In this document: piece by piece, positions 8,741-18,390 of the stretch
Layout of the letters: every line of letters begins with the position of its first letter
Position numbering within the stretch: position 1 is the first letter of the stretch
NCBI GenBank assembly: GCA_964350935.1
Contig: CAYGLL010000003.1
Span: 1,487-65,486, forward strand
Direction: 5' to 3'
Length of the DNA: 64,000 nt
DNA from: an uncultured Candidatus Saccharibacteria bacterium
GTDB lineage: Bacteria > Patescibacteriota > Minisyncoccia > Phycocordibacterales > CAYGLL01
The notes under the pieces: model-generated
The model's database searches: none
Seen by the model: the letters and a program-made list of their open reading frames with translations, nothing else
What the model was told of the DNA's origin: nothing
Position numbers and translations under genes: made by a program

Positions 8741-9781
8741 TGGTTCTCTGTACGGATCGGTTGAATATTTCTTTTCTTCACGCAGAGCAGCGGTGGTCGA
8801 AGTAAGTTTTTGCTCGACGATACCTTTTTCGGTTGGTGTTAGCGGTTTGCCCGGAGTTCCAAAGGGGGTGATGCTCGGTTGCCAGACTGGGCGTTGCGGT
8901 GGCGCAGGTCTTGCCGGCGGCGGGGGTGGTGGAGTTAAGGATGTTATGGGTTTTTCAACAGTACGTTGAGGTGGTTGAGGGGGCAGTGCTTGCAGTGCAG
9001 GAGGTGTGGGGGTTGAAGCCGGAGGAGTGAATACGGGAGGTTTCGGCGCCGGAGCTTCCATACGGGGTTTGGTCGGAATTACAGCTGCAAGAGGTGGCTT
9101 CGTCTGAACCTGAGGTGCGGGTGGAGTTTTTTCGGGAGTGTTTTGAGGAGGCCGCTGAAACTGTTGCCACATCGTTCCGGAATTGTTCGAAGAAACAGTG
9201 CCTGAAGGAAGGTTCGGAGGAGCGCTCGCGGGAGGTTTTGGTGCTGGAGGCGTAAAAGCAGTTTTCTGCGGTGGGAGTGAAAATCGTTTAGGCGCAGTAA
9301 ATGGAGAAGGTGGAGCTTGAGGAGGCGCAGTGGGCGGCGGCATAGCTTTAGATGGCGGTATGAACCCGTTTGGCATTAGGGGGTTGCTACGCGGAGAAGG
9401 TGGCGGCGCAAATGTTCGTCGGTTGAGAATAACTTCAGGTGGGGCAGCGTCTGCAGTTTCTTGAGGATGAACCTGTTTCAGTGCCTCACGTATCTCAAGA
9501 AAAACCTTTTGGTTTACCTCAGTCGCAATAAGATTTGCTTTGTCCGTTGGAATGCCAAGCGACTTGTGGACATTCTCAACAAATGAGTTTGGTCGCTCAA
9601 GGCCGATCATCACAAACATTGCCTCATTAGAGAGATTAGTCTGTTGTTCTTCGGAGAGAAGGAATTTTTCGGCGATGGTCGCGACTTTGCTTGGGTAATC
9701 AGAGGAAAGAATGACATTTTGAATGTCTTTGGGAAGCGCCTCAAATCGTTCCAGTATTTCTTTTTTAGTTTCTTCGTCCAT
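8732..9781 (-). CDS. hypothetical protein with ~110-aa N-terminal domain and long proline-rich low-complexity tail
   Basis: About 200 aa of PPxP repeats, possibly a cell-envelope-spanning linker, within the T4SS-like operon. Confidence 0.4.
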   Translation of the reverse strand: MDEETKKEILERFEALPKDIQNVILSSDYPSKVATIAEKFLLSEEQQTNLSNEAMFVMIGLERPNSFVENVHKSLGIPTDKANLIATEVNQKVFLEIREALKQVHPQETADAAPPEVILNRRTFAPPPSPRSNPLMPNGFIPPSKAMPPPTAPPQAPPSPFTAPKRFSLPPQKTAFTPPAPKPPASAPPNLPSGTVSSNNSGTMWQQFQRPPQNTPEKTPPAPQVQTKPPLAAVIPTKPRMEAPAPKPPVFTPPASTPTPPALQALPPQPPQRTVEKPITSLTPPPPPPARPAPPQRPVWQPSITPFGTPGKPLTPTEKGIVEQKLTSTTAALREEKKYSTDPYREPVE

Positions 9782-9787
9782 TAGTTT

Positions 9788-12337
9788 TTATTTTTTATCC
9801 CCTCCTTCTTTTTTGTCTTTTTTATCCTTCTTTTTTCCCTCCCCCTCATCATCTTCGTCAGGCTCCTTAAAGTCCTCACCGTATTTTTTCTTATGCCACT
9901 TTTTGAACATTTTCTCGAAGTCCTTACTCATACCCACTTCATCGTCATCTTCGTCATCGTCCGCTTTTTTCCCAGCTGACTTTCTGATTTTTTCGGCAAT
10001 TTTCCTGTTACCTTCTGTATCGCGGAAGCGATTACGCCAGAAAGAATCAGTTCTGCTTTTTTCCTCGAACGACTTAATGACGGATTCTTTCTGACCCTCG
10101 GCCGTTCTTAAGGTCGTTTTGGTCAGATCGTCATAGTTGCTTTCAGTGACCCCTTTCTTGTTTAAGTATTCCTGCACATCTTTGTAATCTTCAAGTTCTT
10201 TTTCTCCGTCCTTCAGCTGTTCTTTGTTTTTATCGAGCCACTCTTTTGATTTTTGTATGCGCTCGTTCGATTGTTGTATACGTGCCTCCGCCTCGCGTTT
10301 TATCTGTGTATCGCCTACTTGGTTTTTTGATATTTCCTCGTCTGCTTCAATTTGCTTTTTATCTACGTCTATTTGGTTTTGTACCACAGCTCCTTCTTTC
10401 ACGAGGGCTTCAAGGTCAGTCGTAGCTTTCTTGAAGGATTGAACAAAGTTTTTCTCAATTTCCTGAGTAACGGTTTCAGTGTTTTTCTTAATCTCATTAT
10501 TAATGCGCTCAATCGCTTTACCAAAGTTTGTTACTTTATTTTCTGCCTCACTCATTTCGCGATCAGTGTTTTGAATCTTTGTCTCTGCAGCAGCCATCTT
10601 TTGTTGGGCCTCATCATGTTGGGTCTGTGATGTTGCAGTCGTAATGGCTTTTGCGGCATCATCTTTGTCCTTCATTGCCTGCGCTCTTTGCTTAGTCAGA
10701 CTCTCTACCATTGCTTTTGCTTCACCAAGTTGTGTGGTCGTTGTCTTCTTCTCGTCCTCGAGTGGTTTATTACGCACGCTCGCGGTTTCGGTAATCATTT
10801 TGTTGCGAGCTTCCACAACTGTTTCACGCGTATCTTTTTCATCCTTTGCTTTCTTTGCGACAATATCACCAAACTTTTGTTCCTTTTTAACGCGGTCTTC
10901 CTGACGTTTATTAAACGACGTGGTTACAATACCTTCAGCTCCAAACATAGAGAGCGGACTCTTTTTACCCAACCCGGCTTTATCAGCAAGTTTCTGGAAG
11001 CCTTTATTCTCTCTGATATCAAAGCCGGCCTTTGAAACGCGGTCAGTTCCGGTGATAGTGCGTTTCGCAGCCCAGCGTCCAATAGCAGTCTTTCCAAGCA
11101 GTCCTTCTCCGCCCGCGATGCTATGAATTTTGCCACCAAGTGCTCCTTGTCCGGAAACCACTCCTGAAGCAACACGGCCGAGCGCCACTCTTCCAGCCGC
11201 CGCGGCTCCTCCCGTTGCAACTCCTAATGCGACCGTTCCCACAGCAGCCGCAACCGCCGCTCCGATTTTTTGCGCGAGCGAACCGAACTCGCCACCTAAC
11301 TCTTTTGTTTTTCTGACGACGAAAACGAGAAGACCGATCGCAATGATGTAGTTGAGGTAAAATGTTGGGTCGAGATCGCCGCCAGGAATAACTGAACTTC
11401 CCACAATGCTGGCGAAACCATCAATGACAGTAACGGCCAAGTAGTAGAGAACCATAAAGACCGGAGCAACGAGTGTTTGATCCCAGAGCTGTTTCCACCA
11501 CCAGTTTGATGCGCCTTTCGCGCCCGGAATAACATTCCCCACAAAACCAATCGGGGAAAGCATGAGAACAAAGGTGAGGCCGATAATTCTTCCCACAAAT
11601 ACTAAAACCACTGAGCAGAAAACATAGATGGCAACGCCAATGAGGAGCGCGCGCGCAATACTAATGAGGTATTTGGAGGTGCCGCTTAAGTTGTCTTCCG
11701 GTCGTTGGCCGGCAGTTGCCTGTGGGGCTACGCTGCCAGTTGCACGTGTTGGGTCGTATGTTCGAACAACGTCGGTTCTTTTAATGAAGTCTTCACTGAG
11801 CGATCGTGTGCCTCTACTCGTTATGGCACTGTAAAATCCATGTGCAACGATGTTTCCTGCATCAATAATAACTTTCGTAAAAAAGAGACTGAAGTTGATG
11901 AGGAGGATCGCGATGACCACCTTGGGGAGGTATGTTTTTGCCTGGTAGGAGCCTTCCTGAAGAATGGTTGAGATCGCGACGTAGATGAGAATAAAAATGA
12001 AGCTCATATTGATGAGATCGCGAACAATTTTCCACCCCACATTGATGCCCGCGATGCTGTTTAAAACAGCCGAGTTGAGGTTCAGTTTAATGACCGCATC
12101 GAGCACCAAACCGATGATGCCGAGAATGATGCCCATGACTGGCAAGATTATAAATTCAAAAAGAGCGTTATATACCTCACCCACGCAGTCGGCCAGACTA
12201 AAGTTAAAGAGTGAAATACAGGCCGCGCTCGCTTGTTGCGGAACAAAAATCACCACCAGAAGAACGCAGAGTGAAAGAATCGCGAACAGTTTCCGGTATT
12301 TTGGTGTCACTCTTTTTTTTCTAAAAAAGTTTATCAT
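9788..12337 (-). CDS. VirB6/TrbL-like polytopic membrane protein with long charged coiled-coil C-terminus
   Basis: Signal peptide, then at least six TM helices over ~350 aa. A K/E/D-rich coiled-coil/low-complexity tail follows (EKELEDYKD...KKDKKDKKEGGDKK). Confidence 0.45.
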   Translation of the reverse strand: MINFFRKKRVTPKYRKLFAILSLCVLLVVIFVPQQASAACISLFNFSLADCVGEVYNALFEFIILPVMGIILGIIGLVLDAVIKLNLNSAVLNSIAGINVGWKIVRDLINMSFIFILIYVAISTILQEGSYQAKTYLPKVVIAILLINFSLFFTKVIIDAGNIVAHGFYSAITSRGTRSLSEDFIKRTDVVRTYDPTRATGSVAPQATAGQRPEDNLSGTSKYLISIARALLIGVAIYVFCSVVLVFVGRIIGLTFVLMLSPIGFVGNVIPGAKGASNWWWKQLWDQTLVAPVFMVLYYLAVTVIDGFASIVGSSVIPGGDLDPTFYLNYIIAIGLLVFVVRKTKELGGEFGSLAQKIGAAVAAAVGTVALGVATGGAAAAGRVALGRVASGVVSGQGALGGKIHSIAGGEGLLGKTAIGRWAAKRTITGTDRVSKAGFDIRENKGFQKLADKAGLGKKSPLSMFGAEGIVTTSFNKRQEDRVKKEQKFGDIVAKKAKDEKDTRETVVEARNKMITETASVRNKPLEDEKKTTTTQLGEAKAMVESLTKQRAQAMKDKDDAAKAITTATSQTQHDEAQQKMAAAETKIQNTDREMSEAENKVTNFGKAIERINNEIKKNTETVTQEIEKNFVQSFKKATTDLEALVKEGAVVQNQIDVDKKQIEADEEISKNQVGDTQIKREAEARIQQSNERIQKSKEWLDKNKEQLKDGEKELEDYKDVQEYLNKKGVTESNYDDLTKTTLRTAEGQKESVIKSFEEKSRTDSFWRNRFRDTEGNRKIAEKIRKSAGKKADDDEDDDEVGMSKDFEKMFKKWHKKKYGEDFKEPDEDDEGEGKKKDKKDKKEGGDKK

Positions 12338-14343
12338 GGCACAACAAGTGTTCCCTGGTTAATGACGGTACCGTTAATTACACCGCCTCTGATCACGTCT
12401 GCTTCACCCGTGGTGAAGCCTGAAGAGATAAGCCCGCCGGTTGAAACGATGCCACCTATGAGCGGGATTACGTCAGCAACTGTCCCGCCGTCGTAGGTAC
12501 AGAAGCAGTTGTTGTCGAAATAATTGTTTGCCACTGTCCAACTTGCGAGTGAAGTACCGCTCAAAAGTGTTCCCCCGGTTATTACCGTACCCCCATTGAT
12601 TTGCCCTGTTTCAATGTGAATGACATTTATGGTTGTTCCGGCGCGATAGACAACTGGCGCAGTACTTCCATTGTCAGTATAGGTGGTGTTTGGCGCGAGG
12701 TGGGCGCTTGGCGGATACACCAGTGTTCCGCTTAGCTGTCCGCCGACAAGATTGATCGGGGTTATATTTCCAATAATCTGTGCACCGGTTATTTCTGCGC
12801 CGATAATTGAACCCACAGTCTGACTTACCGAGCCGCGGGTATCAACACCGTTTGCCCATGCTCCGGTAGTAAGACCGAGCGCATCATCGGCGGTAATAAT
12901 TCCACTCGAACTTCGGATCGGTGATGTTGCACTAAACATAATGCCGTCAACGGTTTGTGTGGCAATGTTGATCGTACGAACCGCTGTTGCACATCCGGCG
13001 GGATGACAAAGATACACGGTGCCGGCACGGGCGATCATTGAACCAGTGCTTTGTACTATGGCAGATGATGCTGCGCGTATACGAAGCCCCGTTCCTACAG
13101 GGGTAAACCTCATGTTAGTAACATTGACGTTTCTCAAGGTTCCATTGATGTCAGCCCCGACCAAGTGAAGGCCGAATGCTGTTGTTGAGGTTGCGGGGCC
13201 GCCACCAATTGGTGTCGATGTGCCAATCACGGGTGGTGTAGGGGTTGCGATAATGAAATCCGGAAGAGGTGGTGGCGGATCAATGTCAGGGCCGGTAAGA
13301 GTGCCGCCGGCGCGAGTGCCAATGATAGTATCGTCAAAAGCAGCCTGTGCCGAATTACGCGTGTTTCCAGTTGTCGCTCCAGCCAACCCGTTAAGCGCGG
13401 TGCTCAAGAGCTGATTCATAAGTGCGCCGATGATTTCGTTGATTTCGTCAGCAACTTCAAGGCGGCGCTTACCACTATCTAAGCTGTCGTTGATTTGAGT
13501 TTCTACAACAGATCCAGGAGTAACCGTTTCTGAGTAGTACGCTGTTGAGCAGTCACTCGTTTCGTTGCCGGACGTGTCATAACATTTTTCTTGTGAGAGA
13601 AACCCCCTTCCCCAACTTAACTGCTTGTCTTTGAGTATTGTTTTGTTTGCAATACGGAGTCCCGCTTCCGCTTGAGCAATAGTGAACGCACCATACATAT
13701 TGTTTTGCGGTCTGCCGGTCATTGATATCCAACTATCCCATCCGTTTGCACTCGTACGATTGAAAACGTCTTGAGTGTTTTGGATTACCCGTGAGAGCGT
13801 ACAGCCGTTGCGTTGTTTGAAACGACCCGTCGCTAAGTTGAGTTCAAGTGCAAGGGCAAAATTAATATCAAACTGATTACACAAAAATCCAAAATCAGAA
13901 CTCGCAATAAATGCACCGATCTCATGATCGGCAAGGTCGGTAAAGAATGCTCCCGGGTCCTGGATAAATCCCGGTCCGCCCTGAAAACCACCCTGGATCC
14001 ATTGCACGATGCTGTCTCCAATGTAGGAAATAAGCGTGTTCAGGACGGCAAAAGCGATACCGTCGAGAATATTTTCTTTGGTTTCCAAAGACTGAGAAAC
14101 ACGCGCCATGAGTGTAGTATTTTGTTGCACGACGCGCATGGTGTTTACCGCCTGCTGAAGTCCCTGCTGAGTGATGCGTTGTAACTGAAGATCGTTCACA
14201 GGAACTGTTGCTCCTTGTGCAGATGCGGTCGAAATTTCAAGAAAGGGTGTTGCTATCAGAGCAAGAATACCCACGATACTAAAAAAAGTTCTCGATGTGA
14301 GAAAAAAATTGAAGAAAGCAAAAGTGACGTGGCTTTTCCTCAT
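12334..14343 (-). CDS. large secreted Gly/Thr-rich hypothetical protein (beta-helix-like repeats)
   Basis: Signal peptide, and a C-terminal half with GGT/ING repeats. It overlaps the start of the VirB6-like gene by 4 bp. Confidence 0.4.
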   Translation of the reverse strand: MRKSHVTFAFFNFFLTSRTFFSIVGILALIATPFLEISTASAQGATVPVNDLQLQRITQQGLQQAVNTMRVVQQNTTLMARVSQSLETKENILDGIAFAVLNTLISYIGDSIVQWIQGGFQGGPGFIQDPGAFFTDLADHEIGAFIASSDFGFLCNQFDINFALALELNLATGRFKQRNGCTLSRVIQNTQDVFNRTSANGWDSWISMTGRPQNNMYGAFTIAQAEAGLRIANKTILKDKQLSWGRGFLSQEKCYDTSGNETSDCSTAYYSETVTPGSVVETQINDSLDSGKRRLEVADEINEIIGALMNQLLSTALNGLAGATTGNTRNSAQAAFDDTIIGTRAGGTLTGPDIDPPPPLPDFIIATPTPPVIGTSTPIGGGPATSTTAFGLHLVGADINGTLRNVNVTNMRFTPVGTGLRIRAASSAIVQSTGSMIARAGTVYLCHPAGCATAVRTINIATQTVDGIMFSATSPIRSSSGIITADDALGLTTGAWANGVDTRGSVSQTVGSIIGAEITGAQIIGNITPINLVGGQLSGTLVYPPSAHLAPNTTYTDNGSTAPVVYRAGTTINVIHIETGQINGGTVITGGTLLSGTSLASWTVANNYFDNNCFCTYDGGTVADVIPLIGGIVSTGGLISSGFTTGEADVIRGGVINGTVINQGTLVVP

Positions 14344-14457
14344 ATATCAAGCATATTTTAACACACGAGGTGTGCTAAACCCTTGTTAAAACTGTGAATT
14401 GGCGCGCTAAAATTACGGGCAACGCAGAATGATTTTGCCCTCGGATAGACATCACTT

Positions 14458-15480
14458 CTACTGCTTAATAGTCGGCGGTGTCGGATACAGGAGCGGATAG
14501 GCCGCTTCATCTTTTTCAAACACAATGCGATGACCTTCGAAGTATAAGACGAGTCCGTCGAATGCAGTAGTTAGCTGATCGATTGCCAGTTTGTACTGCC
14601 CGATTCCTACAATAGTCACCACAGGGTCGTCATAGATTTTTGTGAAGGTTTCAATGACGCTTCCTACACGACTTAGGGCATTAATCAGTTTGAGGTGAGC
14701 TTGGGCGGCACTTTGAGGGACCTTGAGTTTAAGTGAGTCGGCAACTATTTTTTGGTACGCAGCCGCCATGGTGGCTAACTGGGAGGGTATTTCAGGATTT
14801 TTAGTGTCCACAGCATCGGCGAGAAGTATTATTTCGTGTTGAATGTTGGGCGGCGAATCATTTTGGTGAATTTCACCCAATTTGTTGCCAAAAGCCTTCA
14901 AACTGGTGATTGACTCATCTGGCATCGTTAAAATATCGCTTAATGAATAGACTTTTGCGTTAAGTTCACCTTGTTCGGTATTGACAACCTCCTTTATTAT
15001 AGTTTCAGTTTCTTCCGATGAGAGCTTTTTGCCTGAATTTTTAGCATCAAGAAGCTCGGTGTATGACTTACGAGCAAGTTTTTGCGTTGCAGTAAGGCCG
15101 TTTTCTTGGTCTACCAGTGCGTCTGCCTTAAGTGTGTCATCGGGGCCCTTAATTCGAGGATCACGATTTTGAGCCGTTTCTTCGCCGTCGAGCGTTCCAT
15201 CCCCGTCAGTATCTGGGTTTTTAAGCTCGGTTTTCCAGAGTTTTTCCTCCCAATCCTTAAGACCGTCGTCATCTGAGTCAATTTCAGTCACCTTTTTTAT
15301 GAGAGGGTTTTCGGCAAAAGTCTCGTTTTCCGAGCTTTTATTTGAAGCAGAGTATTCAATGTTGTCACCACTGTCTCGCTGAAAGAAATACGCACCCAAA
15401 ATGATGGAAACGCAGATGATAAGGAGTGCGATATTTTTTTTACTGAGAGTTTTCATAGCAAATTCACAGAACACCATCAT
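14458..15480 (-). CDS. membrane-anchored protein with thrombospondin-type-3-like Ca-binding repeats
   Basis: DSDDDGLKDWEE and DTDGDGTLDGEE DxDxDG-type motifs, with an N-terminal TM helix. Confidence 0.35.
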   Translation of the reverse strand: MMVFCEFAMKTLSKKNIALLIICVSIILGAYFFQRDSGDNIEYSASNKSSENETFAENPLIKKVTEIDSDDDGLKDWEEKLWKTELKNPDTDGDGTLDGEETAQNRDPRIKGPDDTLKADALVDQENGLTATQKLARKSYTELLDAKNSGKKLSSEETETIIKEVVNTEQGELNAKVYSLSDILTMPDESITSLKAFGNKLGEIHQNDSPPNIQHEIILLADAVDTKNPEIPSQLATMAAAYQKIVADSLKLKVPQSAAQAHLKLINALSRVGSVIETFTKIYDDPVVTIVGIGQYKLAIDQLTTAFDGLVLYFEGHRIVFEKDEAAYPLLYPTPPTIKQ

Positions 15481-15492
15481 CGTAGCACAATC

Positions 15493-16821
15493 TTGCGTGG
15501 TATAGTGATTGGTATGAAGAAACGTCTCTATAGTAGATTTTTTTTACCCGGCGCTCTTGTTGTGTTGGTCACTTTGGTTTCGAGCAGTGTGTCGGCACAA
15601 ATTTTTGTGACCGATGATTTTTCGCAACAAACCACGATCTCCCCTTCTGTTTCAGTGCCGCTCTGTTCATTTATGCGCTCACTTTTTATCGGAGTGACCT
15701 CGACCGAAGTTCTCTGCCTTCAACAGTATCTAAATAGTGCAGGTTTTACTGTTGCACTAAGCGGCGCGGGTTCACCAGGAAATGAGAGCATGTATTTTGG
15801 AGCTAAAACAAAACGAGCCCTGGTCAGCTGGCAGACGGCGCATAACGTCCCGGGGACGGGATTGTTCGGACCGCTTTCGCGGGCTGAGTATGCAAAAGCT
15901 ATCGTCGGATTTTCTCCAACACCCCGAGTGGCACCGAGTCCGATTGTCGTTGTTAATCCGTCACCTGTTGCACCAAGCCCGACCCCCACGCCCCTCACCC
16001 CGGTCATCACGAATGTGTACCCGACAGAAGTTAAGAGTGGCGCAACGGTAATCATCACGGGAAAAAATTTTACGTTAACCGGAAACTCAGTGGTGCTCGG
16101 TGACGGACCGCTCGCGCGCCGGTTTGACAATCTCTTTTCCCCGGACGGAAAAACTATTTCATTCACCTATCTTTCTCCTGAAGTGAAAACAATGACCGAG
16201 GCAGAGATACGGGCTCTGCCCCCGAGCGTGGTCGCTCAGATAGAAAATCCGCTTAAAGCTGTCGGAAAAACAATTGCGGACGCTCTTGTTCCGTACAAAG
16301 GAATGCAGACTGAAGCAGAAGTTGATGCATTTCTTCGTCAGAACAGTCACTCGTTGAATGAGCTCTACCATTTTTTTTGGGTAACGGTTCAAAATCAGAA
16401 TGGCGAAGGAATTTCACAAGGCCCCTTACTGCGCGGTATGCGCAGGCTTGCGTTCGAGATGGCGCGGGAAAAAGCTTTTCCTCTCGCACTCTCTACTGTT
16501 GGAAAAGAATTTAAAAAACTGGTGAATAAACTCTTGCCTACCGCTCATGCGCAGTATGGCGGCGGTTATACGAGTGGTGTTGTCATGCAGTGTACCTGCG
16601 CTTCGGGATCTCTCACTTTTCAGACTGATATTAATGGCAGCGGCACCGGGCTCTATTATTTTGCTCCCGGCTTTCAGCCAAGTGTGGGAACAGGGCTCGT
16701 GGCTGGGCCGTGGCTTGGCGGCTATCTTTCGGGAGCGGGAATTTGCATTATCGGCGCAACGCCATACTGTGTTGAATTAACTGCGAATCTTCCGCTTGTT
16801 CCTATTGGTTTTGGAAGTTAG
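15493..16821 (+). CDS. secreted protein with peptidoglycan-binding-like and IPT/TIG-like domains
   Basis: LQQYLNSAGF...GAKTKRALVSWQTAHNVPGTG resembles a PG_binding_1 domain, and VITNVYPTEVKSGATVIITGKNF resembles IPT/TIG. Confidence 0.4.
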   Translation: MRGIVIGMKKRLYSRFFLPGALVVLVTLVSSSVSAQIFVTDDFSQQTTISPSVSVPLCSFMRSLFIGVTSTEVLCLQQYLNSAGFTVALSGAGSPGNESMYFGAKTKRALVSWQTAHNVPGTGLFGPLSRAEYAKAIVGFSPTPRVAPSPIVVVNPSPVAPSPTPTPLTPVITNVYPTEVKSGATVIITGKNFTLTGNSVVLGDGPLARRFDNLFSPDGKTISFTYLSPEVKTMTEAEIRALPPSVVAQIENPLKAVGKTIADALVPYKGMQTEAEVDAFLRQNSHSLNELYHFFWVTVQNQNGEGISQGPLLRGMRRLAFEMAREKAFPLALSTVGKEFKKLVNKLLPTAHAQYGGGYTSGVVMQCTCASGSLTFQTDINGSGTGLYYFAPGFQPSVGTGLVAGPWLGGYLSGAGICIIGATPYCVELTANLPLVPIGFGS

Positions 16822-17680
16822 TTTCTCCGAGACGCATCGCGAGCGTTTTCCAGTGTTCAACTGAAAGATCTTCTGCACGTATATCATGCGGAATGTTTAG
16901 TTCTGAAAATAATTTTTCAAGCGCAGGTTTTTCTCCCGGGAGGTTATTCAAAAGTTTTTTCCGCTTGCTGCCAAAACCTTGTTTGAGGATTTCAAAAAAT
17001 TTCTTTTCGTCAAGTTCTGCGAAAAATGTTTTAGAAATGTTGGTGATAGCGAGAATTGCCGAGTCAACATTGGGCGCCGGGACAAACGCACCACGCGGAA
17101 CTTTTTGAGTGAGTGTTGGCGTGCCGTACGCTTTAATCGAAATTGAAAGAATGCTTTGCTTTCCCTCACGTGCAACAATGCGGTCCGCAACCTCTTTTTG
17201 AGTAAGCACAACAATTGTTGTTGGTTGATGCTCGGATTCAAGAAATTTTTTAAAAATCGCACCGGTAATGTAGTAAGGGATATTAGCTATAAGCTTGTAG
17301 CTGTTAGCTGTTAGCTTTAGTGAATCGAGATTAACTTTAAGAATGTCGGCGTGTACGAGTTGAAGTTGACCCGAAGCAATTTCCTTGGAAAATTTTTCAC
17401 TGAGAATAGGAATGAGGCGGTCATCTTTTTCAACTGCAATTACTTGCGCATTTCGTGAAAGTAATTCACGTGTGAGTGTTCCTTCTCCGGGGCCGATCTC
17501 GAGAACAATTTCACCCGCGCGAATATCCCCCGCGTCAACAATTTTTTTCAAAATTCCGGGTGAACGTAAAAAATTCTGCCCGAGTGATTTCCTTGCCTGT
17601 ACGAAAAATTTTTCTTCGCTGCGATTGGAAGAAGTACTACGCTTCGTGTAAAAATTTTTCGTTTCGGGTTTCTGAAACAT
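16802..17680 (-). CDS. rsmA: 16S rRNA (adenine1518/1519-N6)-dimethyltransferase
   Basis: GQNFL..GEIVLEIGPGEGTLTREL motif. The track ORF has an about 49-aa upstream extension, so the start is taken at MFQKPE. Confidence 0.75.
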   Translation of the reverse strand: MFQKPETKNFYTKRSTSSNRSEEKFFVQARKSLGQNFLRSPGILKKIVDAGDIRAGEIVLEIGPGEGTLTRELLSRNAQVIAVEKDDRLIPILSEKFSKEIASGQLQLVHADILKVNLDSLKLTANSYKLIANIPYYITGAIFKKFLESEHQPTTIVVLTQKEVADRIVAREGKQSILSISIKAYGTPTLTQKVPRGAFVPAPNVDSAILAITNISKTFFAELDEKKFFEILKQGFGSKRKKLLNNLPGEKPALEKLFSELNIPHDIRAEDLSVEHWKTLAMRLGETNFQNQ

Positions 17681-17707
17681 CAGTTGATAGTACTTGATTT
17701 GTTTTTT

Positions 17708-17745
17708 ATGTAAAGAAAATGGCCGGCACGCAAGGCGTGCCGGCC
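17708..17745 (-). terminator. rho-independent terminator (11-bp GC stem) after ORF 17751-18266
   Basis: ggccggcacgc-aag-gcgtgccggcc, followed by ATTTTCTTT on the minus strand. Confidence 0.55.
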
Positions 17746-17750
17746 ACCAG

Positions 17751-18266
17751 TCACTTTTTTCCGTCTCGGATTCTCCAGCCACCAGAAGTTTTGACCATCG
17801 GTTCGCGCATTCCATTGAGCGCGGCAAACCTATCCCAGTCTATTCCGTGCACACTTTCGAGCCACACTCGTTCGACGCCTTTTTCCACGAGGTCAATCAC
17901 GTTGTTTGCCCAGCCGGCTGGGACGTAGAATTCTCGTCCAAACTGCTCTGCAGACGGAAACCCCTGTGAGTCGATCCAGGCTTTGGAATGGTTAATGCAG
18001 GTTACTGAGGGAGCTTCGCAACGGTGTGCACCATTAAGGGCGGCGAAATGGTTAAGTAATGACAGGGGGTGTGCGAAGTCCCTCTTCTTGCTTAATTCAG
18101 GTGCCCCCGGCAACTCAACGATGCACTCGAGTAGTTCCCAGATATCAACCCAGCCCCACTTTTCGAGCCTGTCCCGGTCAGTTGTGGGATGAGCTGTTGT
18201 GAATAAAATATTTTCCAGGCTGAGCCGGTAGATGCACGGACGTGCGACTGTTCGTAGTATTTTCAT
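17751..18266 (-). CDS. hypothetical protein (no recognisable domain), slightly GC-elevated
   Basis: 171-aa ORF with its own terminator between rsmA and uvrD. Confidence 0.35.
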   Translation of the reverse strand: MKILRTVARPCIYRLSLENILFTTAHPTTDRDRLEKWGWVDIWELLECIVELPGAPELSKKRDFAHPLSLLNHFAALNGAHRCEAPSVTCINHSKAWIDSQGFPSAEQFGREFYVPAGWANNVIDLVEKGVERVWLESVHGIDWDRFAALNGMREPMVKTSGGWRIRDGKK

Positions 18267-18390
18267 GCGTTTCTCCTTACTGCCTAGTGGCAGCTGTGTA
18301 GGATTTTGGTAGCCGATCTTGTGAAAGACCTGTTAAGCTCCGGTGACTACAGTAACATTTTTTACCTCTATAGTCAATAGTCTGAAATGG

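Noticed and set aside
15720-16166. Minus-strand ORF of 148 aa inside the plus-strand secreted-protein gene 15493-16821
   Set aside because: It is antisense to a longer ORF with recognisable domains, in a low-complexity Gly/Pro-rich frame.
17681-17827. 49-aa N-terminal extension of the rsmA ORF
   Set aside because: The extension overlaps the terminator and promoter region, and conserved RsmA sequence starts near MFQKPE.
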